Assembly: GCA_963718895.1 (NCBI GenBank)
Contig: CAVRAG010000008.1
Location: forward strand, 896,001 to 960,000
Reading direction: 5' to 3'
DNA: 64,000 nt
Source: an uncultured Nitrososphaerota archaeon
Lineage (GTDB): Archaea; Thermoproteota; Nitrososphaeria; Nitrososphaerales; Gagatemarchaeaceae
Numbering within the stretch: the first letter of the stretch is position 1; each line of letters opens with the position of its first letter. Of the stretch, positions 59,961 through 64,000 are shown piece after piece. A model generated the notes under the pieces. That model saw only the letters and a list, made by a program, of their open reading frames with translations. It ran no database searches and was not told the origin of the DNA. Both the position numbers and the translations under genes were made by a program.

Positions 59961-60623
59961 TAGTCCTCCTCTCGGGGGGCATCGACTCGGCCACGTGCCT
60001 CTACCTCTCAAAGAAGAAGGGGTACCTGAACAGGGCCCTCACGATGCGGTTCCACGGGATGGCCGCCGGAGAGGAGCGGGCCGCAACCCGCCTGGGTGTC
60101 GCTGCGGGGGTCGAGGAGCACAGGTTCTTCTCGATGCCGGAGCTGAGGGAGCTCGGCGACATCGGCCCGCTCGAACGGCTCGCTGGCCTTCCTTCCGCCT
60201 ACATCCCCATGAAGAACTCGATCTACTACAACGTGGCCGCCGCCTTCGCCGAGGAGGTCGGGGCGGGACGGGTCGTCGGGGGCCACAACGGCGACGACAG
60301 GGCGGTCTACGAGGACACGAGCGACGCGTTCTTCAGGAACCTGCAGCGGACGCTCAGGTCGGGCTCGGCCAGGCTCAGGCAGCAGGACTTCAGGATCTGG
60401 AGGCCGCTCCAGCGCGATGAGCAAGGCGGAGGTGGTGGCGCTGGCGTCGACCCTGGGCGTACCCTTCGAGATGACCTGGAGCTGCCACAGGGAGGGCAGC
60501 AAGCACTGCTGGGAGTGCGAAGGATGCCTAGGGAGGGTCCTTGCGTTCCGTCAGGCGGGGGTCCTGGACCCGTTGAGTGCAGCCAAATACCGAAAGGGTA
60601 TAAAACGGGCTCTTCCCGGCTAG
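59951..60623 (+). CDS. queC: 7-cyano-7-deazaguanine synthase (frameshift ~60415; start unclear)
   Basis: LLSGGIDS, YIPMKN, SKAEVV, TWSC..HCWECEGC..R. Confidence 0.88.
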
Positions 60624-60627
60624 ATTC

Positions 60628-61383
60628 GTGCGTCGCGGAAAGGATCAGGACGAAACCGCAGTCAGGACCCAGCTAGTGGACGTCCTGGCAGACACCCAGA
60701 GCGAGCCCGCCGAGGTCGTGGTAGACGCAGGAGTGTCCGACCTCCAGGTCCTTTACCACAACGGGCAGACCTCCATCCCGGTATTCCTGACCATACAGAC
60801 CTCCACAGGGCTGCACCGGGGCGTCCACATGAGCAGGCTGGTCCACGCGGCCTCCGCCAAGGACGGGTCGGGCATCGAGGGATGGCTGAAGTCGATCTGC
60901 CGGGAGGTCAACAGGACCCAGCCGGGGTCGTGGGTCACGTGCAGGTTCGAGATCCCGTACTCCGACCAGTTCATCCCCGTCTCGATAAGGACGACCGAGA
61001 AGGGCGCCGTGAGATACCAGTTCACCGCAAAGGGTATGACTGCCTGCCCCTGCAGCAAGAGGATGATCGGCATAGGACACATGCAGAGGGCCGAGATAAC
61101 GATGGTCCTCGATAGGAAGGGCCCCCTCGACATGATGGAGACCATAGGGAAGATGGAGGAGTGCTTCTCCGCCATGCCGACCGAGAAGATGAAGAGGGTC
61201 GAGGAGGCGAAGAAGATCCTCGAGGCCCAGGAGAACGGGAGGTTCGCCGAGGACCTGGTGAGGGAGTGCGCGAAGAGGTTCCCCAACTCGCTCTTCATCC
61301 GCGCCAGGTGCTTCGAGTCGATACACGCCCACGACGCAGTCGCGACTTGGTCAAAGAAGGCGGGCTGGGCGCCCCTGCTCTAG
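60628..61383 (+). CDS. GTP cyclohydrolase IB/MptA (FolE2) family
   Basis: DTQ, RGVHMSR, TACPCS, HMQR, FAEDLVR, ESIHAHD. Confidence 0.88.
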   Translation: MRRGKDQDETAVRTQLVDVLADTQSEPAEVVVDAGVSDLQVLYHNGQTSIPVFLTIQTSTGLHRGVHMSRLVHAASAKDGSGIEGWLKSICREVNRTQPGSWVTCRFEIPYSDQFIPVSIRTTEKGAVRYQFTAKGMTACPCSKRMIGIGHMQRAEITMVLDRKGPLDMMETIGKMEECFSAMPTEKMKRVEEAKKILEAQENGRFAEDLVRECAKRFPNSLFIRARCFESIHAHDAVATWSKKAGWAPLL

Positions 61384-61392
61384 GCGCGTCTG

Positions 61393-61816
61393 CTACTGCT
61401 GAATCTCTTGTTGCGGCGGGGCCGAGACGGGTTCGGCCGCGGGTTGCGGTGCCGGGGCGGCCGCCGGAGCTTGGGCCGGAGCGGGGGCGACCGCTGCGAC
61501 GGGCTTGGCCTCGGGCTTGGTCATGTATCCGTTGTTCTCCAGCCACTCGGCATGGTCCTTGATGTATCGCCAGATGATGTCGGCGCGCTTGTTGTCAAAG
61601 TCCCATGGCGAGACGAGTACGATGTCCCTCTCCCGGATCCACATCCTGCCGCTTCATCTTGCCTCGGATCCTGCAGAGCCTTGTCAGCCCGTCGACGCAG
61701 GCGACTATGACCTGGTTCCCTCCGGAGATCTTCACCACGCGGCCGAGGATCTCTCCCTGCTGGGGGAGGACCAGCTCTTTCAGGTGCGCTTCGTTCAGGA
61801 CCTTTCTCTTACCCAA
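61393..61816 (-). CDS. eif1a: Translation initiation factor aIF-1A (frameshift ~61645)
   Basis: GKRKVLNE...C.DG..RLCRIRGKMK / WIRERDIVLVSPWDF. Confidence 0.92.
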
Positions 61817-61974
61817 CTCAATCTCCTCACTTGGGAGTAGCATGCGCCGCACAGGCTCTTGAATGTTCTGGAATCCTCATTGAAGATGATGCTCGAGTGC
61901 GACCTGCAGACCCAGCGCTGACAGTCGCCGCACTGGACCTTGGCCACGGAGTTGCAGTTGTAGCACTTCACCAT
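61795..61974 (-). CDS. B-box-like zinc-finger protein (59 aa, not in ORF track)
   Basis: CYNC..CGDC..VCRSH..LCGAC; overlaps both neighbours. Confidence 0.7.
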   Translation of the reverse strand: MVKCYNCNSVAKVQCGDCQRWVCRSHSSIIFNEDSRTFKSLCGACYSQVRRLSWVRERS

Positions 61975-63258
61975 CGAGAACCCCTCCAGCTCCCTCCTCT
62001 GCTGTCGTTGTTGCTGTTGTTGTAGCCGCCGCCTCTTCCGCGGCCCCTGTAGCCCGAGCTGTATCCCCGCCTACCTCCGCCGCCGTGCCTCTGGTTCTGC
62101 AGCTCGGTTATCGTGCCCCTCGTGTTGATGTAGAAGTTGTGCTCCGCGTCCTCCGGCCGCATTGGCTTGATCACGGCCTTGGTCAGGCCCATGATGCGTG
62201 CGAAGTCCGTGTCCTCCTCGTAGGAGACGAGTGTGAAGGCCTTGCCGGAGTCTCCCGCTCTCGCGGTCCTCCCGACCCTGTGGAAGTAGAGCACCGGGTC
62301 CTCGGGGACGTCATAGTTGATGACGCAGTCCACCTGGGAGATGTCGATCCCCCTGGACGCGACGTCTGTGGCCACGAGCACGTCTGCGTGGCCCGACCTG
62401 AAGACGCCCATCGAGTGGTCTCTCTGGTGCTGGCTCAGGTCGCCGTGTAGCGGGACCGCGTTGATGTAGTTCCTCTGTAGCTCCCTGGCGAGCTTGTGCG
62501 CTCCGTACTTCGTCCTGCAGAATATTATGGCGCTGTCGGGCTTCTCCCTCTGAAGGAGGTCGAGGAGAACGTTCTGCTTGTCCTTCTGCTCTACCATGGC
62601 GTAGAACTGCTCCAGCGTGTCCACGGTCGGCTCGTCAGCGGAGACCAGTATCTTCTCAGCGTCGTGCATGTACTTGTTGGCGATGTCCATGATCCTCCTC
62701 GGCATCGTCGCCGAGAAGAGGCCCATCTGCCTCGGCTCCGGGATGGAGTCCAGTATGAACTCGATGTCCTCGATGAAGCCCATGTCGAGCATCGTGTCCG
62801 CCTCGTCGAGGATGACGTACTTGACCCTGCTGAGGTCGAGGCTGCCACGCTTGATGTGGTCCATTATCCTGCCCGGGGTGCCGACCACGACCTGTACGCC
62901 GCGGTCCAGGGCCTCGAACTGGACGTTTATCGACTGACCACCATAGATCGTCACGAGCTTTATGCGGGTGAATGCGGCGAGCCTCTTCAGCTCGGCGGTT
63001 ATCTGGACAGCCAGCTCCCTCGTCGGGGCCAGCACCAGCGCCTGCACGTCCCAGCTGTCTGGGTTCACCCTCTGCAGCAGCGGCAGTCCGAACGCCGCCG
63101 TCTTTCCGCTTCCTGTCTTCGCCTGTCCTATCACGTTACGGCCTGATAAAAGGGGGCCTATCGCGAGTTCCTGGATCGGGAACGGGTTCTCAAATCCAAG
63201 CTGATCTCACACCCTTCAATAACTGAGGGTGTAAGTCCATTTCTTCGAAAGTTTTCAT
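61968..63258 (-). CDS. DEAD-box RNA helicase (frameshift ~63205)
   Basis: Q motif GFENPFPIQ, TGSGKT, PTRELA, DEAD, SAT, HRVGRTAR, RGG tail. Confidence 0.95.
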
Positions 63259-63453
63259 TTTCTTTTGTTTTCCACGGCAATTCGACGTCAGAGAATCAGA
63301 GCGTAATCGTCCTGAATCAACAAGACTGCGACTTGCAGTAGTCCAATTCCCCGACTCGTCCTATTTAAGCATATCACTGCCGACCCGAGTCGACGACGGT
63401 ATCCAATCGCGCAAGCGAGATATACCGAAGACGACGATAATCCGGCGATACAG

Positions 63454-63936
63454 ATGGCCCAAGGTGACGAACCCGCGGACGGGATTGCGTCCAGGCTGCT
63501 TCTGGACATCAAAGCGCTGACCCTCCTATATCCTTCGGACCAGGGACTGAGGGGAGCGCTCGAGAAGTCCTTCGTGGACTACAGCGACGACGACGTTCGG
63601 CGGCTGGCGGACATCATACGGCCCGGCCGCCCGGAGAGCAGGGTGGGAGGCGTCCTGGTGGCGGCGGGCGAGATCCTGTTCGCCTCGTTCTTGGCCATCT
63701 TGGGGATCGGCGCGTTCGTACCCAGCATGATCGGCGTCGAGTCCCCTCAACAGTTCTTCAACTACTTCTCCGGTAGGCTCTCTCCGTCGTTCGGGACGGG
63801 CGCGCTCGCCGTAGCGGCACCGGTCATAGACCTCGGGTTCGCAATCGTCTTGATAATAGCCGCGCTCTACCTCCTCCGCCGCGCCGCCGCAGAGCTGAAG
63901 GGGGCCGGGCTCGTCATGGAAACGAGCGGGAAGTAG
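63454..63936 (+). CDS. Hypothetical membrane protein
   Basis: 2-3 TM segments. Confidence 0.6.
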   Translation: MAQGDEPADGIASRLLLDIKALTLLYPSDQGLRGALEKSFVDYSDDDVRRLADIIRPGRPESRVGGVLVAAGEILFASFLAILGIGAFVPSMIGVESPQQFFNYFSGRLSPSFGTGALAVAAPVIDLGFAIVLIIAALYLLRRAAAELKGAGLVMETSGK

Positions 63937-64000
63937 CTTTTGCGCAGGTTCCATGCGGCCGCGGTCGTCGTGAAGGTGGCTGCGCTCCTCGTCGGGCTGG

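Overview
GC-rich archaeal chromosome segment. It encodes tetraether lipid synthase, aIF-1A, TrmB, arcadin-1, a PEF-CTERM-like sorting signal and a BHB-intron tRNA. It is most likely a non-ammonia-oxidising Nitrososphaerota/Thaumarchaeota lineage (inference). Layout: (1) ~1-8,900 is a visibly lower-GC defence island with three LAGLIDADG-like paralogs, a nucleotidyltransferase, DpnI, divergent AbrB/wHTH regulators, Vsr, a putative novel restriction endonuclease and a C5 methyltransferase. (2) tes with a diverged duplicate of its own 3' end. (3) ~11.8-33 kb is an accessory hotspot of TA modules, gene remnants, dispersed repeats, surface proteins and a tandemly duplicated 'degenerate KaiC-like ATPase + 7TM receptor-like protein' module near an intact KaiC and an FMN-binding protein. 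(4) ~33-44 kb is a sulfur-relay/Mo-W maturation cluster (FmdE, 2x XdhC, DUF364, DsrEFH, DUF3343, YjeF-like, TusA) plus a double-cubane reductase and its activator. (5) The rest is mostly core genes, including tRNA-Gly(CCC) next to a free-standing LAGLIDADG-like gene and a truncated second tRNA-Gly, a class III cyclase, queD-queC-GCH-IB, aIF-1A and a DEAD-box helicase. Single-base frameshifts in housekeeping genes suggest long-read indel errors, so pseudogene calls resting on one indel are uncertain. All calls come from reading motifs by eye; no searches were run.
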